DNA from: Eledone cirrhosa
Taxonomy: Eukaryota
Assembly (NCBI GenBank): GCA_964016885.1
Contig: OZ024742.1
Span: 64,728,001-64,792,000, forward strand
Direction of reading: 5' to 3'
Length of the DNA stretch: 64,000 nt
In this document: positions 38,386-52,831 of the stretch, piece by piece
How positions within the stretch are numbered: the first letter of the stretch is position 1
Layout of the letters: the number at the start of each line of letters is the position of its first letter
Program-made: the position numbers and the translations under genes
Notes under the pieces: model-generated
What the model was told of the DNA's origin: nothing
What the model saw: the letters and a program-made list of their open reading frames with translations, nothing else
Databases searched by the model: none

Positions 38386-38878
38386 GTATGGCTAGCTATA
38401 GAATGACCAGTCTGGTCTCAAATATGACAGAACAGCTCAGCTTTTCTATCTCTTCTCAGCTGAGGACCAACTAAGGGAGACAACGTGTGGGAAATGGGAA
38501 TGGAGTACATATGTTTTGGAGTCTCCTCCAAAACTTTCCTGTCTGGTGATAACCCTATTCAATTTTTTGAACCCATTTCTAGCCAACTAACACCAACATT
38601 ATCACTGATCAGATATTGTCATTGTTAGCTCTTTCTCCCATTCTTTCTTTCCTTTCACCCATTCTTTCTTTCCTTTCACCCAAGAGGTCAATGATTTCTC
38701 AATTCTTTTCTCTTATGTTAAGGGATCAATTTGGATGAAGATAGATGGATAGTTCTAAGTTACTTTAAGTTTATCTTTCATTTTATCTTAATTCTTTTCT
38801 TTTATTTTATATTTCTCTTGCCTTCCTCTACTAATACCCGACAGGACCAATATGTATACACGTGTGTATGTATGTATG

Positions 38879-38910
<32 letters not shown>

Positions 38911-39159
38911 ATGTGTGTGTGTGTGTGTGTATAGATATGGATACAGATGTATATATGTAATCATGCATATGTATGTATATCGTTGACTGACACAATGCCT
39001 GCTTTCTCACAGTACCTATCACAAGCTGCTCAGATAATCATGAAATGTGAGAAGGGACGAAATAAAATGGATTAATTAAAAAGGATATGTATAAATCTGT
39101 TTATATTTTTACATTTATTTTTTTATATTCCAAATTTTGTGTTGGGAATACACATATAT

Positions 39160-39197
39160 ATATATACACACACACACATATATAGGGACTTGCACAC

Positions 39198-39246
<49 letters not shown>

Positions 39247-39442
39247 TATATGTATGTATGTATATGCATATATGTATGTATGTATATGCATGTATGTATG
39301 TATGTATATGCATATATGTATGTATGTATATGCATATATGTATGTGTATATATGCATATATGTATGTGTATATATATATATGTATGTATATGCATATATG
39401 TATGTATATATATATGTATGTATGTATATGCATATATGTATG

Positions 39443-39473
<31 letters not shown>

Positions 39474-39550
39474 GTATATGCATGTATGTATATATGTATG
39501 TATGTATATGTGTGTGTGTGTGTGTATACATTTTTATATATATATATATA
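39160..39550. repeat. Compound TA/TATG/TG microsatellite
   Basis: Low-complexity repeat; source of many YIYI/CVCV ORFs. Confidence 0.95.
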
Positions 39551-39559
39551 GCAGGTTAT

Positions 39560-40870
39560 AGGGTGTTTACATAAACAAAATCAGTAGTCAATGCATAGAA
39601 TTGGGTGAAGAGTATTTAAAAATGTAGTTATGTGATAATACATTGACTCAGTTTCATATCCAGGGGATTCAGATAGTCATCAGATAAACCCTTATTGCAG
39701 TGTGGGTTTAAGAATGTTAAGGGACATAATTTATTATACATGGATATTTATTGTTGGAGTAGAGTTATTTCTTGGGATGAAAAACTTATAAAAAATGAGT
39801 TTTGTGGTAATTATAATAGACTATGTATAATGACATCGAGAAAATTCAGTTGAAGATATGAGAGTGCCATATAGTGTATTGGTATACAGCATGGTAAGCT
39901 ACTAGAAAGGATTGATGGAGCAACAATAACTATTGGGGTAGGGTTTGGGATTTTTCCTGGCAAATAGTTGTATATCAATTCTTTTAATCAAGCGTGGGTA
40001 AAATATTTCAGTATTTTAGTAGATATTTAGTGGAAATATTTGATAAGGATCGCTAATCTTTTTAACCAACCCAAGAGCAATAACTGAACTCCATTGAATA
40101 TTAGTATTTAATGAGATAATGCCCATCAACATATCTTTGAACCTATAATACAATACAGTAAACTTTGTAAAGAATAAATAACAATTGATATATGTCAGAT
40201 ATTAGAGTGAGAGGCTGTTTCTCTTGTGGAGCCTAGATGTAAAATATCAAAACTTTCAATAAGTAGGTGGGTGTATATATATATATGTGTGGGTGTATAT
40301 ATATATGTGTGGGTGTGTGTATATATATGTGTGTGTGTGTATGCTGCAGTGTAGTTGATTGACAAACGCCAGCGGCATATACTACACTTAAAATAAGGTA
40401 TGGGTTGGCTGCAGAAGAGCATCTGGCTGTTGAAAACTTCTGATAAAAGATCTCCAACCCAGCATGGGAAAACTGACATAAAAATTAGAAATATATACAT
40501 ATGTATACATTTGCATATTTAAATATGTACATTGATATAGATATATATTGATACACACACATATACATATGAATATATATATATGCATACACACACACAG
40601 ATAAATAAGTACAGTTTATCTGGAGTAATGTGAAATATGTGGTTAGGATTATATTGGGAAAGCTAGTATAATGCAAGTTAGAAATACCAGAGTGAAAACT
40701 AGAGGGAAATAAAATAAAACAAAACAAGAAAACATCGGAAATTTGCATTTCAAAGAGGCTATACTCTTCACTAGAATGAAACCTCTTATTAATAGCAGAT
40801 GCAATTTGCAATCAGTCGATTGGCTATTGTGACTATATCAGTTTGGACGTTACCACCTCTCTGATCTGGT
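39560..40870. mobile_element. Highly decayed Penelope-like element fragments
   Basis: Hammerhead-like motif at 39641-39687; plus-strand LHFKEAILFTRMKPLIN at about 40743-40793 resembles the end of a Penelope GIY-YIG domain. Confidence 0.4.
39641..39687 (-). ncRNA. Degenerate minimal hammerhead motif in a Penelope-like relic
   Basis: Reverse complement CTGATGA-c-tatc...gata-t-GAAA-c-tga-g-TC; stem I poor. Confidence 0.35.
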
Positions 40871-41061
40871 ATTTTTGCAGTGCTGTTCCATTTATCAGCA
40901 CCAGCACACCCTGTTTCCTTCTTTTGAAAAATATAAACTATTTTGTTTTTGTTAATCTACTCCTGTATTTTTAATTTGCATTTTACCAGATTTCTCAAAG
41001 GAATCCAAACCATAAATATAGATACAGCATCCAGCTGTAGAAAACTTGCTGCATATACGGT

Positions 41062-41279
41062 TTAACCCTTTAGGATTTAAACCGGCCATATCCAGCCAGA
41101 ATTCTCTCACCTCTTTCTGTTGAAACCAGCCATAACCGGCCACTCATACCATTATTGTTCTCAAAATAGATATCAAAATCTCATAGATTTGATATTATGT
41201 GAGATAATTATGTAAGGTAAAGCCTTATTCACGAAAATACAATAGTATATAGAGAGTAATGTAAATGCTAAAGGGTTAA
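41062..41279. mobile_element. piggyBac-like MITE with TTAA target duplication
   Basis: TTAA-ccctttaggattta...taaatgctaaaggg-TTAA (terminal inverted repeat matches 13/14). Confidence 0.8.
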
Positions 41280-41845
41280 AGGACGCTTCAATTGTGTCAA
41301 GGGCGCAACAACCTCCCTAATAGCTGGTATTACAATAAAATGCTATTAGTATTCTCCATAAAATGAGAATATATGAGCAAGTTGCGGGCCCCCAAGCCCA
41401 TCTGTGAGGACAGTGACTCGGTGCTTACTTGGTCTGTGCCGATCTGTCCAACTTATGTTAACATAGAAAAGCAGATGTTAAATGATAAGGATAGCACTAG
41501 ATATATAAATGTGTGTGTATGTGTCTGTCTATGTATGTATGTATATATATATATATGTACATATATATATGTTGACATATCAATAAAAACCTTAATGTGA
41601 AATCTCGTTTACTTAATATCTATATATAGAGATAGATAGATAGATTTTTATAAATACATATATATGTGTGTGTATATATATTATACATATATACTTATAA
41701 ATATATATGTAATTATTTTAAGGCCATTTTTCTCACAGGGCTTGCCTTGCGGGCCCTATGAAAAGGTCCTTTTAGTGCCAATACTTTAATCACAATTTGG
41801 GAATATAGTTGTCCTATTCTAAACCGGATACACAGTATGTGTGTG

Positions 41846-41877
<32 letters not shown>

Positions 41878-44800
41878 TGTATACACACAATAATACTTTT
41901 TTTTTTTTTATTTTGGTTTTAAATGTAATTTAATTTTATGGCCAAAGTCCTGTATTTTATTTGTTTATCAAACTGGATCACTCTGGGGTAGTGGCAAATT
42001 AAGCTTGTATAGGTCTCCTAGCTACAGCCTTTTCAGATCATCCCTTCTTTATTCCATTTCTGTCTTCTGGAAATTGTTTTCATTTACTTCATTTCCTCTA
42101 TCTCTTTGATTCAGCAACAAACTTAGTTCAATTAATTATTACTATTTTCATTGTTATTAGCAGTATCGGTAGAGGGTCGGTCAAAATACTTGGCCATATT
42201 TAGTCATGTCTTTCTACGTTCCAAGGTCAATTTTGCCTTTCATTCTTCTTGGGTTGATAAAATAAAGAACCAGTTACGTACTGGGCTTGATACAAACGAC
42301 TTTTTCCTTTCCTCAAATTGCTGGCCTTGTGCCAATGTCAGAAAGAATTATGAATTGATAGAAAGGGTAATGTAAGACAAAATGCTTTATGGTATGTTTT
42401 TATGGTACTTGTGCCAAAATTATAAAGCATTATTATCATCATTTTTATTATTTCAGAAACCATCATTATTATTTTTATCGGAAAATTTGCTAAAGCACCA
42501 AAATACCTTGCAGTATTTAATTACAGCTCTTTATATTCTTAGTTCAAAGCCCACCATGGTCAAATTTGCCTTTCGTTCTTATGAAGTTGATAATAAAGAA
42601 AGCAAGTCAATATAATTGACCCCACCACACACATAAAACACTGGCCTTATTCCTAAATCAAAAACCATTATTATTAGGGACTAGTTAGAAGTAATAGAAC
42701 ATCAAAGTATTTACCCTACAATATTTAGTCTGTCTACATTACTTGTCCATAAGTTTTCTTTCTATGAATGAAAGGTCAACTATTATGCCTGCATGCGAAG
42801 TGACTTTGCATGAAAGTGAAAAATAGGCAGTAAATGTAGAGGATATGCTAGCATGGCAAATGGACATTAAACGCTGATGATGATATGAAGGCTGGAAAGA
42901 AATGAAGCAAGCATGCTCTGATGAATGTGTGATATTAATGTGCATAAACGATGAAGCGTGGTTGAGCTGAAAGAAAAACTGCATACAAAAGGAATCAAAT
43001 GTAGTGTGCAAGAAGGATGACTGCACTGGTATGGACGTGAAGTGATAGGATGACTTGGGGAGAGTGGATCTCAAAATGTTGAACTTGTTAGATGACAAAG
43101 AAATGCGACAAGTGGATGAAGCTGTGCTGAAAAGGACTCATGCAAGCATGGAAAAATGGGCATAAAAACGATAGTGATGACAAAACAGCCAGAGTGTATG
43201 TGTGTGTGTGTGTTTATTGACAGCATCGCCCTCCCAGTGTACAGCATTATTATTATTTTGAATTCTTTATTTTTTTTTTATTTGAAAACAAAATTATTCT
43301 GCGTTATTTAGACAAAGTATAAAGAAAAATTGAAAAGCATTAACTAATACATGAAAACAATGAAGAAAATGTTGATCCCCCCACCCACCCACCTTACTGC
43401 TGTCATTATTTTTGTTACAGCAACAGCAATTATTTCTTCTCTTTCCACCTCTCTTTCTTCTTATCCCTTAGATTACTGTTCCAATCTGAATTTATGGTAT
43501 TAACACAGAAGCAAAGAACATTTAGTGTTTGTGTGGAAGAGAGTGATAGCCCATCTCCACCCAACTTCCACAAAATTGACTGCCTTTGTTTAGATGGGGG
43601 AACCTTTTTATGCTGGAAGGCATAGAATTAATTGACATCCATAGAGGCCACATTTTAACAAAATACTGTTTCACTAAACTTCAGTTATTTTACAAAATAT
43701 AAATAAATATTATTGGGTTTTACTACAAGTCATAATTAGTTGAAAAGATTGACATTAAATAAAATAAAATCAGCAACAACATACTCCATTATAAAGGTTT
43801 GCCTTTTAATGTTGTGCTTCTTTCAGAAGGCCATATGTTCCCTACCCATGGTCTTAATACTACCTTCTGTGTTACTTGGGGTTACAAAACCAAAGCAAAC
43901 ATTTGTAATTCTTATTTCTCTCACAAACACATATACACATTTATATATTCAGCACATCATTATTTGTAACAAAAAATATTATTTTAAAAGATTGTGTGTG
44001 TATGAAATTGGCCCAACTGTTGGGTTAGTACTTCTGCTTAAATACCAACCTACTCTGCTGATGACCTGTCTAACCCTTGGTAGCAGGGAAAATGGATGTT
44101 AAATGACAATGATGAATTGGTGTGTATGAATACACACACAGTGTGTGTGGATATATATATATAGTGTCCTCAACTGTACTATGCAATGAAACCCCTCACC
44201 CCAAATTAGGATATTAAGTCCCTTATAAAATGTTCTATTTGATAGCTGCCAGTAAAGTGGGTGGTCATATTGGTTAGTTTATGTGCATGTTCAGCTCTTT
44301 TGTGTTGTCTTCATTGAAGCAACACAAAATCTATATTTATGTTATCTAAGGATGGTGGATTGGCAAGATGTTTGGAGTGACAGTTCAAATATCTTGAGAT
44401 ATTTAATTACGGCTCTTTACATTCTAATTCACATCCTCCCAACATCAACTTTGCCTTCTATCCTTCTGATAGTTGAATAAAGTATCAGTTAAGTACCGAG
44501 CTTAATTTAATCGACTTTCCCCTTCCTACTGAAATTGCTGGCCTTGTGTCTAAATTAGAAACCATTATTATTTTTTTTTATGCTTCTTATGAAGTGTTGA
44601 GCAAGTTCCTCCATTCCGCTGTTATGGTCTGATAAATGTGTCTATATTATAAAGAAAGACATTAAAGCTGCTGTTTAAAAAAACAAATTTAAAAGGTGAA
44701 ACTCTGACTAAAAAGAGAATTTAATTGATCTATTAAGATCCCAACTTTCAAATTGAAAAACGGATTTTTAAAAAATTCAAGCATATAATATATACTGTAT

Positions 44801-44878
44801 ATTACATATATAGTATACATATGTAATATACAATATAATATACATATAACACGATATATGTATATAGCACACACACAT

Positions 44879-44912
<34 letters not shown>

Positions 44913-45983
44913 CACACACACAACACACAATGTACACACAGTGCAATTGATAAATTAAATCTAATTACTGAATGATTAAAAAGAATATTGAAAAAAGACA
45001 AAAAAAAAGTAGACTTGGTTATGTGGATCAATATTTATTGATGAGGTCTGTGTTGATGGTGATCAATATATGTTGATAAGGTTTCTATATATTGGTGGTG
45101 ATCAATATGTATTGATATAGGACCTGGCTTCGCCTGCTGAAAAGTAAAACAATGCCACCATGTCTGACACTGAAATAAAACAATAAACATTTCTAACATT
45201 GCATCACTGTTTTTATTTTATTCTTGAGTCTTTGTTGATGTTTACATTTTTATGATATACATGGAGCTAACCAAATCTGTAAAATGGTAGTACTGGTGCC
45301 ATGATAAAATGCACCTAGTCCAGTGTAAAATGATAGTGCTAGTGTCATGTTAAAATGCAGCCAGTACATGCTGTAAAGTGATAGTATTGAGTATTGGTGC
45401 CATGAAAAAGACCCAGCCAGTACATGCAATCTGATAGTGCTGGTGTCATGATAAAATTCACACAGTACATGCTCCATAGTAGTTGGCACTAGAAAGAGCT
45501 CCCAGTCACAGTAAACATACCAAACTAATGTATAAGCAGAATATGGTAATCTGACTTGTCTGGTCTTAAAAAGTGATAACCCATCTAAAATATGCCAACG
45601 TGGAAAATGAATGCAAAATGGCAATGATGACATATATATATATAGGCAGTGAATTGGCATTTTCTTTTTTTTTTTAGACCATTGAATAAAATATTTTGTG
45701 GTATTCGTTACAGCTTTCTGCAGGCAGATAAAGTACTGGGGAAATTTCTTTATCACTTTCATTTTTGTTCTCTCTTTCTTCTCTGGAAGAAATCAGCTAT
45801 GTTCAGACTTTGAAAGTGATGGGCACTGCCAGGTTTAAGATGCCTAAGATATGCTGGATTTGAACTGGTCCAAAGTAGTCACCTCCGTAACAAGAGGTAA
45901 CAGCACTTTGGATCTGCTCTTTACCACTACTCCTGAAAAGGTTATTAGTGTCACTACTGAGGAATCTATAGGTGATTAATAAA

Positions 45984-46872
45984 ATAATAATAATGAAATT
46001 ATTGTGTAAAGTGCTCAGGTGCACGACAACTCGTCAAAGGTGAATGTATAGTACATAGAATAATACACAAATGTCAGGGAAGTGAATAGTGTATGAGTCA
46101 TGATATACGTGTGTATGTGTATGGAGGTCTTAAAGGATGCAGTGTCTCGACAGCTATCAACTGATGCAGGTAGTTTGTTCCATGCTTCAGCAACTCTGAG
46201 CATGAAAAAATGTTTCCGAAAGTCATGGGAACTCTGATCATTGCCAATCTGTCTCTTATAGGCAGTAACAAAAACTACAGCCATCTCCAACCTGCTCACT
46301 TTGACTGGAATAAAGCAGACTGGAACTCTTAGTGCATTGAGCTACACCGTCCTAACTGGCTTGAATTTTACGACTCTGGAGATGTGAATAATATATTTCA
46401 GAACATCCTGAATTCAATATGGACAGCATTTGCAACATCAGTACCATGTCAGCAGAAAAAACATCCCAAAGGTGTAATTTGGGAGATTGCAACAGTCTGA
46501 CTTGCCAGGAAAGAACGTAATGCTGAACGGGAATACAAACTACATATATTAGAGATAGGCAATGCTTGAATTTGAACAGCAAAGTGTTCTGGAAGTATGT
46601 ACATTCAAAGCAGAGATCTCACTCTCCAATTGGTCCTCTTCACAATCCCCACACAGGTCAAATTACTGATGATCCCAAAGAATATACAGAACTTATTGTT
46701 GAATGCTATGCAGGCATTTTTACTGTTGAAAATCAAAACGTACCACCTCTGACATCAAATTCTATAACAACTATGGAATTTACACCTGCAATACTGCAAC
46801 ACCACCTTAAGAATAAGCGCAACTATGCCTCTCATGGTCTTGGTGGTGTTACGTACTTGCTTCTCAAACAAA
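45984..46872. mobile_element. Rearranged CR1 insertion: minus-strand 3' end (45984-46235) fused to a plus-strand upstream ORF2 segment (46236-46872)
   Basis: SSHDFRKHFFMLRVAEAWNKLP on minus; FDWNKADW and KVFWKYV...SITTMEFTPAIL..HLKNKRN on plus, overlapping the start of the 33025 copy. Confidence 0.85.
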
Positions 46873-47618
46873 GATGTGCATGTGAATAGACAAATATATC
46901 AGGTTCTCTATATGTCAATTGAATGTGTGACACATTTTCTGTTTTGTTTTTTTTTGTTTTTGGCAATTAATCAAATCCCAATGACTAATTATATTTTAAT
47001 GTTTACAAATATTTTTCATTATATATTATGCTTCAATTATTTTATAAATTTGCACACCTATTTACAATATCTAATTACTAATGTTAATTATAGGTGTTAA
47101 TTACTATGTACCTGTTTATGAGACCTTTATTAATAATAATTTCTAGCATAAGCACATGGATGGAAATTTTTGGAAAAGGAATATTTGATTAAATTTACCC
47201 CAGTACATGACTGGTACTTTATTTATACCTCAGCAGGATTTGAACTGAGAATGTACAGAGTTAAAAGAAATACCGCAAGGCATTTTGTTCGAGATTCTAA
47301 CGAATCTGCCAAATTCAATTATTTTGAAATAATAAAATAAAATGTGAACATGTAGACAGTGTTATATTTTATTCAAAGATCAGTTTTTAAAAAATGCTTC
47401 CAACAGATTTATAGAGTGAAGCATATTCCTGAGATTAGAAGACAAAACTTAATTTTTCTTTTTGATTTTGCTTTCTTCATTTCAGGAATAAATGGAAAAC
47501 AAATTCTTTTTGAATCAAACAAAAAAAAAAGTCATCTCTTTTGTTCCCTTTACCAAAAAAGATGGATTTTGTAAAACAAAATGGAATATATTTTTTGCTA
47601 ATGAACTGGGCAAGGAAG

Positions 47619-48118
47619 TCAAGGTTTCTCTCCTTGACTTAGTCTTTTGTTAATATCATCAACTACTTTTGGTAAATCAGCTACGGAATCTATAACATAG
47701 TGAGCACCACTGTTGCGTAGAATTGTTCGAGAATTTTCCAAACGCTGATGAAGATCATCTTCCATGAGGGTTGCTTCTTGCTCAAGGCTGTCAATGTTCA
47801 TATAGTTACTATATCTACTAACACCGATACCCCAACAACCAGCTTCCAGTGCCTCAACAACACCGGATGCAGTATCATCAACTTTTATCACAGACTGAAT
47901 AGGGTGGATATCTAAGAGATCCATATTACGGTAAATCATGAATGGTTTAGGACGGCACCCATTGATGACATCATCACCAGCTACTGTTACATCAGGTTTG
48001 AAACCTTGCTTTGCCACATCAACCAAAAGGCTATCTACCATAGAACGAATAAAACCAGTGGTACTGCCTATTTTAATATTGTAGTCAGTTCGAAGTTTTT
48101 GCATCGTCTCTGCTGTTC
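47619..48118 (-). CDS. phnX: Phosphonoacetaldehyde hydrolase, last coding exon
   Basis: cccag|GA completes Gly in phase 1. Motifs IKIGSTTGF, RPKP, KVDDT, AGCWGIGV, GAHYVIDS and the C-terminal INKRLSQGEKP are typical of PhnX. The spliced CDS is 843 nt = 280 aa; AATAAA on the minus strand near 47368-47373. Confidence 0.94.
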
Positions 48119-48139
48119 CTGGGGAAGAAAATTAACAAA

Positions 48140-48770
48140 TGATAAAGTAAATGTTAATAATCATCGTTGGCATTATCAACATTACCAACAATATTTCCAT
48201 CATTATAATTATAATCAGCATTATAATTAGAAACAACATTATTACCATCATTATAATTATAATCAGCATTATCACCATTATAATTTTAATCAACATTATC
48301 ACCATCATTATGTGGATTGGCAGTATCGGTAGAAGGTCAGACGCCATGCTTTCCAGCATAGTTACGTCCCTTTATTATCTGAGTTCAAATCCCGCCAAGG
48401 TTGACTTTGCCTTTCATCCTTACGGGGCCGATAAAATAAAGTACCAGTAATGCACTGGGTAATTGCTGGCCTTGTGCCTAAAGTAGAAACAATTATAATT
48501 ATAATCATCACCACCATCATTATAATCATCATTATCTCCATGATCATCATTATTTTCATTATATTAAATCCATCATTATCCTCACAACCATCATCATCAA
48601 CATCATCTTGATCATTATCATTATAATCAACACTATCATCATCATCAGAATCATTATCATTATAAACATCATCTTGATCATTAACATTATAATCAACATT
48701 ATCACCATCATTATCATCAACATCATTTCTGTCATTATCATTATAAACAACTTCATCATCATCATCATTT
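48140..48770. repeat. Degenerate (ATC/ATT)n trinucleotide tract containing a SINE at 48310-48497
   Basis: Low-complexity sequence giving poly-I/M/D spurious ORFs. Confidence 0.9.
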
Positions 48771-51700
48771 CTGTTTAGTGTCAATTCTTCCATCCTTGTA
48801 TGGGTTAGATGGGTCGTCCATGCCGGGAAGCAAGTCTGGCCATATTTGGTCATGTCGCACCTTGCTCCAGCGAGGACTATAAATTTGGCTGGGTATTTTA
48901 CAGCTTGATGCCCTTCCTAACACCAACTACATTTACAGTGTGGGACTGGATGGCTCTGTTATGAGGGACAGGCCAGTTGGCTGCGCTGAACCCATCTCAC
49001 AATGTAACCTCAGTTTTAGAGCCTGACCCCTCTCACAGCATAGCCACCATTTTGGGGAGCCTGGCGTCGGATGACACCACTATGCGAAGAGGCCAGTTGG
49101 AACCCAGTACTGGATGGCACCGATACGAGGAGCCTAAACCCATCTCACAGAGTAGCCACAGTTTTGTGGCCCAGTATCAGATGGCATCGCCATGAGGAGG
49201 GATAGGGCTGTTGGCCACGCCGAACCCATCTCACAGCATAACCATAGTTTAGGGGCTCAATACTGGTACAACATTATCTTCATCATTATCAACACCATCT
49301 CCATCATGATTATCATCATCAAAACTCATTATTAACATATCAATCATTATTATTATCAACATTATTCCCACAAAAATCACTACCATTTTCATCATTACCA
49401 ACAGCACTATTGTCAACATAGTCACTGCAGCAATTCATATAATTGTCATTTTAATCATTACCACCACCATCATCCCCATAACTACCACCACCATCACTAT
49501 AATCACCCCCTCACCTTCAACACCATCATCACAATGATAATGTTGATGATAGTGTAATCATAGATTTATTATGTCTGAAACAAAACAACAGGATGGTCAT
49601 AGCAGGAACACACTTGACCACAGGCCTGCTAATGAAAGTTGAACTGGAGCTACATAAAATTTTGCATCATCCCTACACCACCACCACCACTACTGTGTCA
49701 CCATATTTATACCATAAACCCTTTCATTAACATATTTCTAATGAAAGACATTGCCTATGATTTTCAAATCATTAAGAATTTGGAAAGATTTAGTAATATA
49801 ACTTTCTCATTATAATAATGAAATTATTGTGTACAGTGCTCAGGTGGTTTTGGAACATAAAGATTCTTTCATAAAATTATGATCGAATGTTTTTAGATAA
49901 ATATAAACACTTTGAAATATTCAGTTTTGTATCATTGAAGAAAAGGTAGTTTCAAGCAGTTTGGTTCCAAAATAACATCCCCACCTGTTTGCACCATCAT
50001 CATCATCATCATCATCATTATTTTTTCACTCATTTTTCCATGCTCACATAGATTAGATGACTTCTTTCCAGTACAATGTCACACCACTTGTCTTTTTCCT
50101 TTATGAGGTTCATCCTCTTCAGATCAGCTTTTACCATTTCTGTCCAGGTCTTCTTCAGACTACCTCTGCCACAGTGATCCTTTACTTGTTTCTTTCCTCA
50201 CCCTCATGAGATCAACTTTCATCTCTACTACCCAGGACTTTCTTGGCCTACCTCTACCACATCTTCCTTCCACTTAGAATCACTGGTACTTTCCCCAACT
50301 GCCATCATTCATTTGTATCTCATATCCATACCAGTGCAGTTTTCTTTCTTGCACACTGCATTTGATTCCTTTTATATTCAGTTTTACTCTCAAATCATCT
50401 GTGCTTCAGCGTTTATGCACATTAACATTACACATCCAGTGGAGTATGCTCGAATCATGTTTTTTTTTGTTTTTTGTAACTTCCACATATCCTCTGCATT
50501 TAATGCCCGTCTCACTGCCATGCCACATTGCACATCTCATGCAGGTTTCATACAATCTACCCTTTGTTTGGAGAAAGGACTCCTTTGTTACTAATAGAAA
50601 TAGTGCCCCCACCACTGAATTTTTTCCACTTTGTTCCTACTGTGGCTACTATTCTTTTAGAGGAACCTCTGCCACTACTAATTAGATCACATAGGTAACA
50701 GAAACTATTTATCAGTTTTAATTAGTGATGTTAATTACTAATGTTAACATGCATGAGACCATAATTAAAAGTAAATTACTAACAATTGGTCACATCTGTT
50801 TATGTGTACAATAATAAAGTTGGCAGTTTACATATATTTCGTTTTACAGGATTTCCGTTTATTAGACTGCAGCCATGCTGGAGCATCACCTTCAAGGGTT
50901 TCAGTTCATCATACTGACCCTAGTAATCATTTCATGAATCTGTATTTCACAAATTGCTAAGTTACCTACTGGCAACTCTGTATATCTTGTGTGATATGTT
51001 TCTACATCTGTAATGCTCTGTTTCAAGGCACATGCCTAAATAAGGCATTTTGTGTGGAAGATCAGCAGTCATCCATATAATAATAATAATGAAAATTATT
51101 GTGTACAGTGCTCAGATGCACAACAACTCATCAAAGATGCATAAGCAAGTGTCCTCTCACCACACCACCAATGTTGTCCCAAGAAAAGGAAAGTACTGAT
51201 ATAGCTTGGTGCAAGGTGATCTCATAACATAAAGGGACGATTGATAGTGCAAAGCATCAGGTAACAATGATGCCAATCAACTGCCCTGGACTAGTACTTT
51301 ATTTATCAATCCCAAAAGGAATTAAGGAAAATTCGAACTTGGAACAAATATTATGAGGTATTTAATCCAATGCTTTTAGAACTAACATGGTCATTTGGTA
51401 ACAAAAGGTTTAAAGTGTTTATCATCATTATTATCATCATCAATTTTACGTCTGCTTTTCCATGCTTGCATAGGTTGGATGGGCCCTCTTCAGCACAACA
51501 TCACTCCACTCGTCGTGTTCCTAAAAAAACCTTCTGTCATAATTTCATTTAAGAAGCTTTGTTAAGTTATGTTCTAAATACCAGATAACTAGACCTAATA
51601 AACCACCTTGTTTAACAATACCAACAGCTCCTTCAATGATTGACCTAACATGCTACCATGTTTAACAATACCAACTGGTCTTTGGGTGGTAGACCTAATA

Positions 51701-52831
51701 CACGACACTGTTTAACACCTGACCCTTGGGTAATAGACATAATATGCCACCCTGCTTAACTCCACCACCTGTACCCAAGATAACTTTAGTAATGTTCAAA
51801 GCAGAGTCTGTTTAGTTTACTTACATACGTGTTTTTACATCAGAGTAGAGAGGACTTTCCAGTCTGGTGAAGCATTCAACTTCCCTAGTGAGGTGCCATG
51901 TACTCTGTAAAGTAGTGGTAGTGGTACTGGTGCCACAATAAAATAAACGCAATCAACTCTAAAGTGGTAGTGTTGGTGTCATGAAAAATGCACCCAGTAC
52001 ACTCTGTAAAGTGATAGTGCTGATATCACAATAAAATGCACCCACTACACCATATAAGATTTTGATGTTAGAAAGGGTGTCCAATCATAAAAACCATGCT
52101 AAATATGAAACATGAACAAGATGATATCTCTCTGACCTGTCTAGTCTTGGACTGTGACAACCCATCCAACCCATGCCAGTATGGAAAGCAGACATAACAT
52201 GATGATAATGTTCACAATGGACAAGGGTCCTATCAATCTCACCAGTTTTGGAGAAGGTGATGGAGCCATCCTCCCACTGACTAACTCTCACAACACCATA
52301 CCATTTTCTACCCCCTTCATTAGCTCTGATGACATCATATCATTCCATCCCCTCCCTCCATCATTGGCTGTAATGACATCATATCATTGCTTCCCCCTCC
52401 TCCCCATCATTGGCTTTAATGACATCATACCATCAACCAGACAAAGCAGTTAAATTATACATGTTGCACTTTCACTACATACTACTACCTTCTGTGTGGC
52501 AGTGGTGTTGGTGTTGGTGGTGGTAGTGTTGGTGATAGTGATGATGGTATTGATGATATTGATGGTGGCAATGGTAGTAGCAGTAGTGTTCATAGGGACC
52601 ACTTCTATTATGAAATTAATGTGCAAGTGGCTGAGCATTCCACAGACACATGTACCCTTAGTGTATGGGTACAACTAATTTTTGCCAGCTGTGTGGATTG
52701 GGTGTATTGTGAAATAAAGTATGCTGCTCAAAGAAACAACATGTCACCAGGAATCAAACTCATGTCCTCATTCATGACCATCAGATAAACACCTGAACTA
52801 CTAAGCCATATTATAGAATGTAAAACAGCAA

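Noticed and set aside
39101-39574. Multiple YIYI/CMYV ORFs (also near 16960, 18850, 44800, 60250, 61030, 62700-63090)
   Set aside because: Translations of TA/TG/GA microsatellites
48132-48853. Asp-rich and Ile/Met-rich ORFs
   Set aside because: Degenerate (ATC)n tract plus SINE inside the phosphonatase intron
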